Source of the DNA: Sporopachydermia quercuum | Lineage: Eukaryota | NCBI GenBank assembly: GCA_001599295.1 | Contig: BCGN01000011.1 | Coordinates: forward strand, 310,001 to 374,000 | Reading direction: 5' to 3' | Length of the DNA: 64,000 nucleotides | Part shown: positions 32,101-43,243 of the stretch, piece after piece | How positions within the stretch are numbered: position 1 is the first letter of the stretch | Layout: the number at the start of each line of letters is the position of its first letter | Notes under the pieces: model-generated | The model's database searches: none | Told to the model about the DNA's origin: nothing | What the model saw: the letters and a program-made list of their open reading frames with translations, nothing else | Made by a program: the position numbers and the translations under genes

Positions 32101-35100
32101 GCCGATTAGTAAGAGATCGCAGTTTATCCTAGGGAATTGTTAGTAAAGCAATATTCTTCTAAATTTCAAGGAAATTTGGTGATTGCTGAGCAGGAACAAG
32201 GAAGAGATGTATGTTGTTGATATGTGCAGTAGTGGTCGCATAGTTCGAGCAGAGTTCTAGCGTTATTCAATCAATTGGCATCGTTGGATACACTAATTGA
32301 CCGCCTTCTTCCTCAACGGATAATTCATCCATGAAAGCATCTTGACGAATTCTTTCCCATAATTCCCCTCTTTCATTTGTTCATTCTGGCTACTTTACTT
32401 CCTACCAAAAGTCCATTTATACTTACAATCGACAAAACCTCATAAAAGACAACTCCAAGTCTCCTAAAAGGATTCTTGATTGGAAAGGTAGAATATCAGT
32501 GACCTTCTCATTTCTATACTGTATGTCCTTCCGTAGTTGGTAATACTCTAAAACCATTGTATCATTATTATCATTATCAATCTCACTCTCACCATCAGCA
32601 GCATTTACACTACTAGAAGTCCTTTGATAGAGAACAAATAAACCGCCGAATTCAAAAGATGCAAAGGAAACAATTCCATTGATTTTCAATGACAGGGAAA
32701 CACTGTTGAATTCAGGTTGCATTGTTGATATATTGATCGAGTTAGTGCTGACCTGCAAACAAGCATCTATCTCTGGTATTGGGGCTACTAATATTGTTAA
32801 TTCGTTACTTAGCCCACAGTTGTCATCTTGGAGGATCAAATTCATTGGATTATCACCAATTGCACTTCCAGCCGGTGTGTCTGCCGTATCATCACTATTT
32901 TCATTGACACTTTCGCTATTCTTATTATTATATGATAGATAATAAACAATCGATTCGTAGCCAATAACCAAAATAAAGAACAGTTCATTATTCGCTGACT
33001 GGTATACAAACATCGAATCAATATATGGTAGTTCCAATAGCTTCAACCTTCTCTTTGCTAAATAACCATTGAGTATTTTAGCCACTGATCCTTTATCTTT
33101 TAATCCTGAACAAACCCAAAGCTCATCTGATGAAAACGTCGGCATAGCAATAGGGTTCTCACCTCCAATGGTTTTCCTATGTTTGGTAGTAACAGGGATA
33201 GTAATAAAGTCATATATTGGGCTCCAATCCTCATAATCATCAACAAAGTTAGTCTGATTGAACTGATATGAAGGGATAATCTTCTCGTGGATTTCGTTAT
33301 TGTTATCAGTGAAAAGATCTAGATCAGATGGCCTGAACATATTGCCAACTGACACTACCTTTCCTGATTGACCATCTCCACCAAATACCAGTAGATATTC
33401 ATCAGGATTATGGGTAATGCTATTGCTTTGATGACTATTCGGTAAAGCTTCAAATATGAGTGAACTGCCAAGGGAAAACCTACCAGGTCGTAATAGAGGA
33501 AACAGCTGAATAGTAGTAGAGGTAGTAGTACTATTACTGTCCGTAGTAGTTTTCAGACTAATAATTAATGAGTAGATCATCCCAGATTCTGTTGAAAGCA
33601 GAATTTCATCATATTCCTCACTCAACTCAGGTTCATAACTCAGAATTTTGCTTTTTGGCCGATAAAATGCAACAGTAAATGAACTGATATTAATAGACTG
33701 AATAACATAATCAGATGAACCGATTAATAGCCTACTAGAATTCAGCAGAATGATTGATGACGGTAAAATCAAAACAATGTTGCTGTTAACACTGGTTGGT
33801 ATAGCAAAGATAGGTAGTCCAAGAGAACTGTTATAAGGAATTGGATCCTTCTGCTTGATATTAACAGATGTACCAATTGTATTCCATTGATAGAAAGTCA
33901 TGAATAGTTTATTATGAGAAGTTGAGTATAATAGAAATAACAAAGCTGAATCTGAGTCTGAGTTATCTATTGGATCAACAAAGCAGGAATTCAATATTTG
34001 GCCATCAAATTGAATACTTTGAGTTATTAAATCGTCATCCGTTATAGCCGAAGTGTATTCTTTAGTATTTGCTCTTTTGGAGTTATCATTTCTAATGGCA
34101 ACATAGAACCAATTCTGGTAAGAAGTAACAACTAATGATGTTGATGGTTTGTCAACAAGGATTTCTTTCCCAAGGTCTTCAATGCTTGGGTACTTTCCAT
34201 TATAGTAGAAGTTGGTGATTTTAACAACAGGATACTCTATTCTTGCATTGATTATATCATTATCAGTAACATGTGCTAATTCAGTTATTTCACTCCTGGT
34301 GAACAAAAGAAAAGGCTGAACAAATAGTAGATAGCCAGATGTTAATGATAATATTAGAGTATCTTGATCGAACATTGAATTGGCACCAGGATTCCATCTT
34401 ATGATATTAGCGTTTCTTATTGGTGATTTTAAAGGAATTGTTTCGCCATCACACTCAATCGATGTTTCTCGTATAACTAAGGTCACTCTTTTCACTTTTT
34501 TGTTTATCGTTTTAGAATTGTTTGATCTCAGCAAAGGTTTATTGATTGACTGCAACTGTGACTGGAACTGGGACTGCGATTCCTGTTTGATTGCATTATC
34601 ATCGATATCCATTTGCTCATTATCAACATCCATTTTATCCTCTTCCACTGGTTCTAGTTTATCTTTCAATTCTGAATCAATATCAGCGAAGAAATCATCA
34701 ATTTTGTAGGAGTCTTGACTTTCGTCTGTGGGAATTGGAGCTGCAGCTGGAGCATCTTCTCTGATATTACTATAAGCAGAGTTATGATTATTCCTGTCCA
34801 CAGTATTACCGGGCTGATTATCAAGTTCTTCAAAATCTCTTCTATCTTGGTCATCCTGTTCTGCTGGTCTAGAGAGTGCGTCATAATTATTAGTGATGTT
34901 TCGAGCATGACCAACGTTGGTACTATCACCATGAGGATTTGACCTAAGAGTTCTGGCGTGCCCGTGAACAGCTGGATCTAGACCAACTTCATTATTGTCA
35001 CCATTTTCTCTAGTGATGTTGTTATTATTGTTTTCATTGTCATTGTCGTCATCGTCATTGTCTGATTCTTCATCCGCTATACCAAAAAGCTTCTTTTTCT

Positions 35101-35233
35101 CCTTTTTTATAAAACTCCTTCTGGTTATAGGAACATCTATTCGAAATATCTGCTTGATAAAAGTTGAAGATACTACAGTTCGCTCCAGGACCCAGCTGGG
35201 ACTCCGGCTTTCAGATATGTTGATTGCGCTCAT
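29103..35233 (-). CDS. MMS1: Mms1-like DDB1/CPSF-A-family beta-propeller protein; exons 35233-32427, 32128-32031, 31926-31394, 30934-30834, 30599-30207, 29991-29929, 29814-29103 (about 1568 aa)
   Basis: Six GTAAG..ACTAAC..YAG introns join five ORF-track fragments plus two small exons into one frame (4707 nt). Motifs WVLERTVVSS, WSPIYDF..ELWVCSG, IGY|TPKKM, IYVGTKTDSV and VSDIQGSV are typical of Mms1/DDB1-like propellers. Confidence 0.78.
29835..29866. repeat. Four 8-nt TTAGG-containing repeats in MMS1 intron 6
   Basis: TTAGGCAG TTAGGTGG TTAGGTAG TTAGGTAT. Confidence 0.85.
30643..30690. repeat. 9-nt tandem repeat (TGATAAATA)n in MMS1 intron 4
   Basis: Four perfect copies at 30652-30687 plus a TGATAGATA variant at 30643. 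Confidence 0.92.
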
Positions 35234-36182
35234 GATGAAAGATATTTACATAGATAGCAAGAGGGAGGAATTAAGTGTAGGGCATGGATATGGCTATTCT
35301 GAATTGATACCTCTGTGAAACCGTGAAGTTGAGGTGCAGAGTTTGGCCGCAAGAATATTAGTAAAATCCTCAAAATAGAGAGACAGCCTGAGAGCTGCAC
35401 AGTCAACAGTTTTATTTCTTTGTTTAGAAAAATATAGCTCAACTAGAGACCAACTAGCTGTTGATAGGTGAAGACAGGCTAGATTGGTAAGTAGTATGTG
35501 CGTGGAATTGAATCTAATTCATTGCCCTTCTACTCAACCAGTCATAATATCCTTATAATTCAAAAGCTTACGCAGTTTTCTCCTAATCCCCAATGATAAC
35601 CTTTCAACTAAGCTGCTTGATAAANTAATACGTAACTAACTGGTCCACTGGTTGATGCTTGTGGATAGCAGATTGTGGATGAAGCTAATGTTATAATTCA
35701 GCTTAGATTCAATTAAACATGAACGCGGTGAGTATCGCCACGTGACTTCTCTAAGANCAGTTAATCATGTGCTTGCTTACTTGATTGTAGTTAGGTCACG
35801 TGGTGCTCTGATTTCTTTTGCATTTATATTTGTCTTGTATTTGAAATGAAAGAATAGCAGTTCAGTCTGATAATATAATTGAGCTAAGTAAAAGGAACTT
35901 GTGGTATATTAGTCAGTGTTCGAAAGATTTGGTTGATTCTCACTGGTTATATTCGTAGAGTCAACTTTAGGAGCTTTCTTTAGCATTTAGCAACAACATA
36001 TTCACAGAGCTTTACTTTATGGTTCGTAGAGTTTGTTACTGGGACTAAAGAACAGGACACTAGGAAGAGACTACGAATAATGATATAGTAAGAGCGATCA
36101 TACCTCAATAGCACTTAAAACAAGCTCATATTACAGGCAAACTAAGAGTATTTATAGTCTGTATTTGATTGAGTAAGTTCAG

Positions 36183-36404
36183 ATGGGAAAAATGGCTGAA
36201 ACAGCAGCTGAGACTGAAAATGATGCAAACATCAGACAATTAAGGAAACAAATCCTCAATGAACAGGAAGAGTTAAAAACGTTGATAAAAGAAGTAATGC
36301 AAGCAAAGGAAGAAAGTGAGAAACTAGAAGATGAAAACACTTATCTACGTGTTTACATTGATAATTTGATGGAATCCACGAACGTTCTTTCCAATGGGAA
36401 GTAA
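36183..36404 (+). CDS. SLO1: Short coiled-coil protein (SCOC/Slo1 family)
   Basis: 73-aa coiled coil with EKLEDENTYLRVYIDNLM, matching the SCOC/Slo1 consensus L..EN..L..YI.NLM. Confidence 0.85.
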   Translation: MGKMAETAAETENDANIRQLRKQILNEQEELKTLIKEVMQAKEESEKLEDENTYLRVYIDNLMESTNVLSNGK

Positions 36405-37034
36405 TTGCGCTATGTTGAATTGTATTAGATAATAGGCGACCATATATTTACCAGCATGCGTCGTATTTTCAACTAATAAAAGAGAGGATTGGGCCACACT
36501 AATGATATCAATTTATTGACTAAAATAATACCATGGAGAAATGCCAGTTAACATGATAAAACAATTCATCATAGACAAAGCATTAGGTATCTATGATAAC
36601 CACTAGCTTTACGTCTGCCTTTTGGCCCTTGCTGCTAGGAAACAATTTATTCTTACTTTAGCTGAGTACGCGAGGTTATCTTACGCTTTATTTCATCTGC
36701 CATTCAGTTATCTCACTGAACGACACCGTTNAACATCAAACACACAATTGAGCTTACAATTGATTTACTGTTAGCCGGCATCAGTGTTTAGTCACTGTTG
36801 GAATAGAAGTTCTACGACATTCGAGGAAACAAAACAGCTTCCAGTTGTGACATCTTGAAATCGTATGAATATGAGATCTAAAAAATATAATTACTAATAT
36901 TTATCTAATTCATTCTATACACATAATGTGATATACCACATAAATTTTTATAATAGTACAAGACGTNTATATACAGGAATAACTCACCAGTCTCAGCACT
37001 ACCAAATACTTATTTTTATAAACAATTATATAAA

Positions 37035-39350
37035 TTATTTCTTCTTCTTGTTCTTTTGAGCCTCTTCAATCAATTGCTTTTGAAGATGAGGAGGAGTAGG
37101 AGCATATTCCTTGAATTCAAGAGAGAATTCACCTTTACCTTGAGTGTTAGCTCTTAATGTAGTAGCAAAGCCAAACATAGAATTCAATGAACAGTCGGCA
37201 GTAATTGTGAATTCATCAGCACCATTTTCTGTTTCTAGAACCAGAGCACCTAATTTATTCAATAAACCAAGAACGGCACCTTGAAATTCCATAGGAGCAG
37301 TAACACTGACAGACATAATAGGTTCTAGAATAATAGCAGTAGCGTTTTCGAAAGCTTGCTTGAATGCAAAGATAGTTGCAGTTCTGAAAGCAACGTCGGA
37401 AGAGTCAACGACGTGGGTTTGACCATCAACAATATCCATTCTGACACCAATAACCTTATGACCAAGTAAAGGTCCCTTTTCACATGCATCAAAGAAACCC
37501 TTTTCACAAGCACTAAGGAACTTCTCATGAATCTTACCACTAACAATGTGCTGTTCAAATTTATTTTCTGTAGTGTCTTCTTGAGGATAAAGGGTACCAA
37601 CAACCTTGGCATATTGACCAGCACCTCCACTTTGTTTCTTATGAGTGTAATCAAATTGACCTGGAGTAATGATAGTTTCACGATACGAAACTTGAGGTCT
37701 ACCAGTAGCACAGTCAATGTTATATTCTCTCTTGAGTCTTTCNATGTAAATTTCTAAATGAAGCTCACCCATACCGGAGATAATGGTTTCCTTACTTTCA
37801 ATGTCATAATGAAGTCTGAACGTTGGATCTTCCTTTTGGAATCTATTAACAGCTTTTGCAAAAGTTGCAGGATCAGCATTTTTAGGACTGATAGATAATG
37901 AGATAACAGGATCAGGAACAAACATAGAGGTCATAGCAAGTTGAATATCACCAGCACAGAAAGTGTCACCAGATGAGCAATCGACCCCAAAAGTAGCACA
38001 GATTTCACCAGCGGCAATTTCGTCCGTTTCTTCCATTTCATTCGAGTGCATTCTAGCTAGTCTTGAGATCTTGATTCTCTTTTGAGTTCTGGTGTTGATA
38101 ATTTGACTACCTTTCTTTAACTTACCTTGATACACTCTGATATAAGTTAATTGACCATATTTACCATCCTCTAGCTTGAAAGCTAAACCAACAAATGGCT
38201 CGTTAGCAGCCGAGGAGAGAACAACAGGAGCTTCATTATCGAGCAAATCTAAACCATGGTTATAGATTTCACTTGGATTGGGAAGATAATCGCATACAGC
38301 GTCCAAGACAGGTTGAATACCTCTGTTGGCTAAAGCAGAACCCATTAAAACAGGCGTAAATGTACGAGCAACGGTACTTTTTCTTATGGCATTCTTAATT
38401 TGTTCAACAGTTGGTTCTTTTTCTTCTAAGTACAATTCTGCTATTTCTTCATCGACATCAGCTAAAGTTTCGATTAATAAACTTCTCTTTTCTTCAACTA
38501 GATCAAGTAATTCAGCAGGAATTGGCTTTTGAGCAATAACTTCACCTTGGTCACCTTCATTATATAAAGCAACTCTGTCAATTATATTAACTACACCTTG
38601 GAGGTCTCCTTCAATGCCAATTGGAACTTGAATAGCTGCAGCAGGGATTTTCAACTTATTATTAATCATATCGATAACTCTCCAAGGATCAGCACCCATA
38701 CGATCTAACTTGTTGATGAATGTGACTCTAGGAACATTATAACGTCTCATTTGACGATCAACAGTAACAGTTTGAGACTGGACACCAGCAACAGCGCATA
38801 CAACCAGGACGGCACCGTCTAAGACTCTGAGAGCTCTTTCTACTTCAATAGTGAAATCAATGTGACCTGGGGTATCAATCAAATTGAAATGGTAATTCTG
38901 GCCACCTTTATCCCAAGAGCAATATGTAGCAGCAGATTGAATAGTGATACCTTTTTCTCTTTCTAACTCCATATGATCCATCTTGGCACCGACGTTATCT
39001 TTACCACGAACTTCATGAATAGCCTTGATTCTACCGGTGTAGTATAAAACACGTTCAGTGAATGTAGTTTTACCGGAGTCAATATGAGCAGAAATACCAA
39101 TATTTCTGATTCGTGATAATCTGGTAACATCATCAGGTGAGAGCCTTTCATTGGCTTTGTTGATCTCAACTAATTCCTCTTCATAAGTAGCAGCGCTTAA
39201 ATTCTTGGTACTACTAAAGTTTCTGTTGAACGATAGAATTGGTGCATTAACACTTCTGCCTCTAGAAACTGATTTAACATAACTGAGCTTGGAAGCTTGT
39301 ACCATAGAGGCTACAGGAACCTTAGTGAACAACCTAGCTACTGTGCTCAT
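37035..39350 (-). CDS. MEF1: Mitochondrial translation elongation factor G1
   Basis: [60 protein letters not shown]; mitochondrial presequence. Confidence 0.97.
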   Translation of the reverse strand: MSTVARLFTKVPVASMVQASKLSYVKSVSRGRSVNAPILSFNRNFSSTKNLSAATYEEELVEINKANERLSPDDVTRLSRIRNIGISAHIDSGKTTFTERVLYYTGRIKAIHEVRGKDNVGAKMDHMELEREKGITIQSAATYCSWDKGGQNYHFNLIDTPGHIDFTIEVERALRVLDGAVLVVCAVAGVQSQTVTVDRQMRRYNVPRVTFINKLDRMGADPWRVIDMINNKLKIPAAAIQVPIGIEGDLQGVVNIIDRVALYNEGDQGEVIAQKPIPAELLDLVEEKRSLLIETLADVDEEIAELYLEEKEPTVEQIKNAIRKSTVARTFTPVLMGSALANRGIQPVLDAVCDYLPNPSEIYNHGLDLLDNEAPVVLSSAANEPFVGLAFKLEDGKYGQLTYIRVYQGKLKKGSQIINTRTQKRIKISRLARMHSNEMEETDEIAAGEICATFGVDCSSGDTFCAGDIQLAMTSMFVPDPVISLSISPKNADPATFAKAVNRFQKEDPTFRLHYDIESKETIISGMGELHLEIYXERLKREYNIDCATGRPQVSYRETIITPGQFDYTHKKQSGGAGQYAKVVGTLYPQEDTTENKFEQHIVSGKIHEKFLSACEKGFFDACEKGPLLGHKVIGVRMDIVDGQTHVVDSSDVAFRTATIFAFKQAFENATAIILEPIMSVSVTAPMEFQGAVLGLLNKLGALVLETENGADEFTITADCSLNSMFGFATTLRANTQGKGEFSLEFKEYAPTPPHLQKQLIEEAQKNKKKK

Positions 39351-40095
39351 GGTGAATATTTTCGATTGCTTGCTGATGAGTTTACTTCTACCTAAATCTA
39401 AATAGGATCAGTAATGAGCAAACAGCAACAAGTAGTCTTCTACAGTAAGAGTATTGTAGTTAGTTATAAGTAGAACCGAATGGCTTAGCAGATTGTTGTA
39501 AATGAAATATTGTCTCTCGATTTGCTGTTTTATTTTGTGAAAAATTAGATACTCTTTTGTGGTCTGTTGAATACAGCTACATGTGAATGGATCACGTGAT
39601 TTAGAGCTTCCTTATTTCGTTCTGGAAGTTAACCCACCAAATGGGGGCGTACTGGAGACAAGTATATGCAATGTTAATAATGCATTATATGCATATATAT
39701 ACAGAATTGTATATCATGTAGTGGGTCATGTGACATATTGAACAATCTCAAGAATGAGTTTACTAGAACGAATACATGAGCCTATTGTTAGCTTGAATTG
39801 AAACAGATCATGTAGAGAAGATTGGAATCTGACAGCCTGTAATCCCTCGTCCATGTGTAGAATAATCAAACTGATCCATGCAAACTGATTTACTTGGTAC
39901 CTTGCACTATTGCTACAACTGTAGTTTTATAGTCATAACTTAAACGTATTGATTCAATCGATTAAAGGCCTTATATTAGAGCCTATAGCCAAACATAGCA
40001 TTTTGGAAGTATAAATAATATATAGATATGAATATACATAATAATTGTAAGAAAATGAAGTCAACATAAATATCATTAGTTAAAGTGAAAACTCA

Positions 40096-41988
40096 TTAAT
40101 GATTACTACTTGTACTGTTCCGAGTACTACCTGTCATACTCGTTCTCTCATTAACATCTTCATCGTCAGCACGTTCAACGTAGTCAATAGAGCCAGTATC
40201 GTCTTCACCTACAAGATTTTGGTGCTTCAACAATTCTTTTTCAATCAAAGTGGTAGCATCTTGAGAACCATAGAAAGCAATAGCAACAAGACCTAGAACA
40301 CCGGCAATACAAGAGAAAACTAAGGCAACAATACCCCTGGCAGTGAATCCACTTGGCAAAGGAGGTTGTTGAACATTTTGACCAGTCAAATCAGTGTAAT
40401 CAGCAGTTTTAGCAGCAGCATTACCTTCGTATGCAACATCAGCAGCCTTACAAATATCAATATGATTTTGAGACAATGTTTGATATTCTTGGATAGCTAA
40501 GGGATCTTCAATGAAAACAATAGCCAAACCTTGAAGTAAATGCCATTCAATGTGACAATGGAAGAACCAAACACCTGGATTACTAGCCTTGAATCTGAGA
40601 ACAAAATAGGAATTAGGTCTCAAGTAAAGCGTATCTCTTTTCATGGGAATTTCAGGGTAATCGTAATCATCTTCTCCAGTGAAAAAAGTTGGGTCATCGT
40701 CCTCGTAAGCTGGTCCTCTTAAAACGGTCTGGAAAACGTGACCGTGTAAATGGAAAGGATGAGTACCACTATCACCATTGTTAACAATCAATTCAACAAC
40801 TTCATCTTTCTCAAGGATAATGGTATGTGTGTTGGTACCATAGACAATATCATTAGTAGCCAGATCACCAGCAGAGAAAACAGTGTATAAACTAGGAACC
40901 TTTGGTTGAGTGAATGTAATGTTGTCGAAGAATGCATAGTTTACACCATTTCCCAAGTTATCCATATAAACGGTAACATTAATTTGGTGATCAGGATCAG
41001 CCAAGATCTCTTGCTTATCTAAAGGAACAAGGTAGAAATCATCCAAGAAATCTAATTCGTCAACAATTGCTTCCTCTGGTAAATCTGCATCTTTATTGTA
41101 GACCAAATAATTAGTTTGGTTGAGTTCTAAGTCGTCAGGAATTACATCAAGCATAGTATCGTCAAACTTAGTCATAATAGCATAATTGGTTTCAGTTTCA
41201 TTCTTAGTTTCCAATATGAAAGAGTATCTTTGAGCAACTGTAATATAAAGCATATCTGTAGTATTTGGCTCAACATATATCCCATCAATTTCGACAACAG
41301 TCAAATCGTGATCATCAATCCAGAAATATTGGGAGACAAAAGCGCCAATGTTAACCAATCTAACCAAGTATTTCTTACCAGGTTCAACATTCAAAGAGAA
41401 ATTTCTGGTGTCGTTAAACAAAAGATTTTGAGGAATAGGCTCAGCACCAGTTGGGTTATATCTGTTCAAGAACTCAGGAGTTAAGTCAGCAATCAGATCA
41501 TGATACCAATCGGAAACGGTTAGGAGAAGTTCTTCGTCATAATCGTAAGGGAAATCATTGTCATGAATAATCATAGCACCTCTGAAACCATCAGCATACT
41601 GACCCTGAGAATGAGAATGATACCAGAAGGTACCACTCTGAGTAAGAGTGAAGTTGTAAATCATAGTCTCACCAGGTGGGATAGGACATTGGGTAACCAT
41701 TTCAGGACCATCCATAGAGGTTGAGTTCTCTTGGAACAAACCGTGGAAATGTAAAGATGTGTTTTGGTTACCTAAACCATTGTTTAAGTAAACAATGATA
41801 CGATCACCTTTATCACATTCAATGACTGGTACAGGCCATTCACCGTTAATACCAATGACAGGTCTTTCAAAATTTCCATCGGGGTTACGTTCAATCCAAG
41901 ACACCGTCCAGTTATATTCTAGTGTTTTTGCTACTGCCGAGCAAACCAATGCTCCTAATGTAAGGAGGAAAAAGTTAATTGAAACCAT
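40096..41988 (-). CDS. FET3: Multicopper ferroxidase, Fet3-type, with signal peptide and C-terminal TM
   Basis: Copper motifs HFHG, WYHSH, HPFHLHGH and HCHIEWH; Fet3-like GAEPIPQN and FDDTMLD; TM GFTARGIVALVFSC. Fet3 versus Fet5 orthology is not formally resolved. Confidence 0.9.
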   Translation of the reverse strand: MVSINFFLLTLGALVCSAVAKTLEYNWTVSWIERNPDGNFERPVIGINGEWPVPVIECDKGDRIIVYLNNGLGNQNTSLHFHGLFQENSTSMDGPEMVTQCPIPPGETMIYNFTLTQSGTFWYHSHSQGQYADGFRGAMIIHDNDFPYDYDEELLLTVSDWYHDLIADLTPEFLNRYNPTGAEPIPQNLLFNDTRNFSLNVEPGKKYLVRLVNIGAFVSQYFWIDDHDLTVVEIDGIYVEPNTTDMLYITVAQRYSFILETKNETETNYAIMTKFDDTMLDVIPDDLELNQTNYLVYNKDADLPEEAIVDELDFLDDFYLVPLDKQEILADPDHQINVTVYMDNLGNGVNYAFFDNITFTQPKVPSLYTVFSAGDLATNDIVYGTNTHTIILEKDEVVELIVNNGDSGTHPFHLHGHVFQTVLRGPAYEDDDPTFFTGEDDYDYPEIPMKRDTLYLRPNSYFVLRFKASNPGVWFFHCHIEWHLLQGLAIVFIEDPLAIQEYQTLSQNHIDICKAADVAYEGNAAAKTADYTDLTGQNVQQPPLPSGFTARGIVALVFSCIAGVLGLVAIAFYGSQDATTLIEKELLKHQNLVGEDDTGSIDYVERADDEDVNERTSMTGSTRNSTSSNH

Positions 41989-43082
41989 CTTGAAAGACGC
42001 TTCTACGTGTCTTCGATGATGACTATATAATGTTTAATAACAAGTATAGTATGGTTTCATCAAAAATTGTTCAACAATGAGCAACAGAAAGAAATGTCTA
42101 TATAGTCTACCACAATTGTTAGTACTAGCATTTATAAAAGATTCAACCTGAAGCTAGTTCAAGGTATATATATAACTGGACTACAATAATAGGTAATGAT
42201 AGAGCCAGTTCATTAAGAACGAAAACTTTTACCGTTTATACGGTAGTTTTCTTCTCTTGAACCAAAACGGCTAGACCAGTGCAACCCAGAATTAATTCTA
42301 CTTAAGTTTCAACTTTGAGTAGAAACTGAAAAGTAGACGTAATTAGATAAATAATTTCAGTATTATTCCCTGTACTGATGAAGCAAGATTCGACTGCTGC
42401 TGGTCGTGGTGTCCAATTTCCAGTTTGATAAATGAAAGTGGTACTTACTATTTACAAAGTTGGTAGATTAGTTCCAGTTCCTCTTATTATATAGAACTGT
42501 GAGCAATCAAATAATCATCAATTCTCTACCTTTTTCTCTATACTTGCCAATTCGATAATTGGTTTCTTGTGTTTTTTCCGGTATATTGATTGTATAGATA
42601 TCTATAGTCAACGTATTAATTTGGAGTACTTTCATGATCATCAGGCAGAGNGATCCAGATGGGTGTTTTTAGTGGAGGAAAAACCGAAAATGTTTTGTGT
42701 GAAAAAAAAACGAAAATTTGTACATGTGAAATGTAGTAAATCATGTACGAAACCCATTAGCCGGTTTTATGTTTAAGGGGTAAAAGGAAATGTACGGTAA
42801 CTTATTTGGATTAAAGTTGAATGATGATATGAAATACTGTTTCAGATTATTATAATGATGATTGATTAGATAATTCTGGTTAGGAAGAGATAGGTAAATA
42901 TAATGAGAATATGAGTGGGAGAAAAATAAAGTGAAAAAATAAAAGGATATTATTTGGAATACTGTGGTTGTTGTGATACTTAATGTTGCCAATGGGTTAC
43001 TTAGTAAAACGAATGAAAATCTACAATGCTTTACTGATCCTGTTACTGATGAAAGCAAGGTGGATGCCTTAACAGCTGAAAC

Positions 43083-43108
43083 ACCCAAATGCTTAACCCA
43101 AATGCTTA
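43083..43108. repeat. 13-nt tandem duplication ACCCAAATGCTTA x2
   Basis: Direct reading: ACCCAAATGCTTA ACCCAAATGCTTA ATCC. Confidence 0.85.
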
Positions 43109-43234
43109 ATCCATTTAGGGTCGCAAGTGAATAAGCTTATATCATTAAATATAGCTTGTGTATAAACGTTAACTAACATTAGCTTAAATATTAACCTAAA
43201 CCTTTTTTAAGCTCCAGAATCGGATCTAAAATCA

Positions 43235-43243
43235 ATCAGATAA
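43235..43243 (+). promoter_or_regulatory. Candidate iron-responsive GATA repressor site (ATCWGATAA)
   Basis: ATCAGATAA lies in the FET3-FTR1 shared upstream region and matches the extended SreA/Fep1/Sfu1-type consensus. Confidence 0.5.

Noticed and set aside
42560..42740. Point-centromere-like motifs (CCGAAA, CATGTG) and the many CACGTG sites across the window
   Set aside because: No CDEI / very AT-rich CDEII / CDEIII arrangement; the CACGTG sites fit ordinary Cbf1/bHLH promoter sites.
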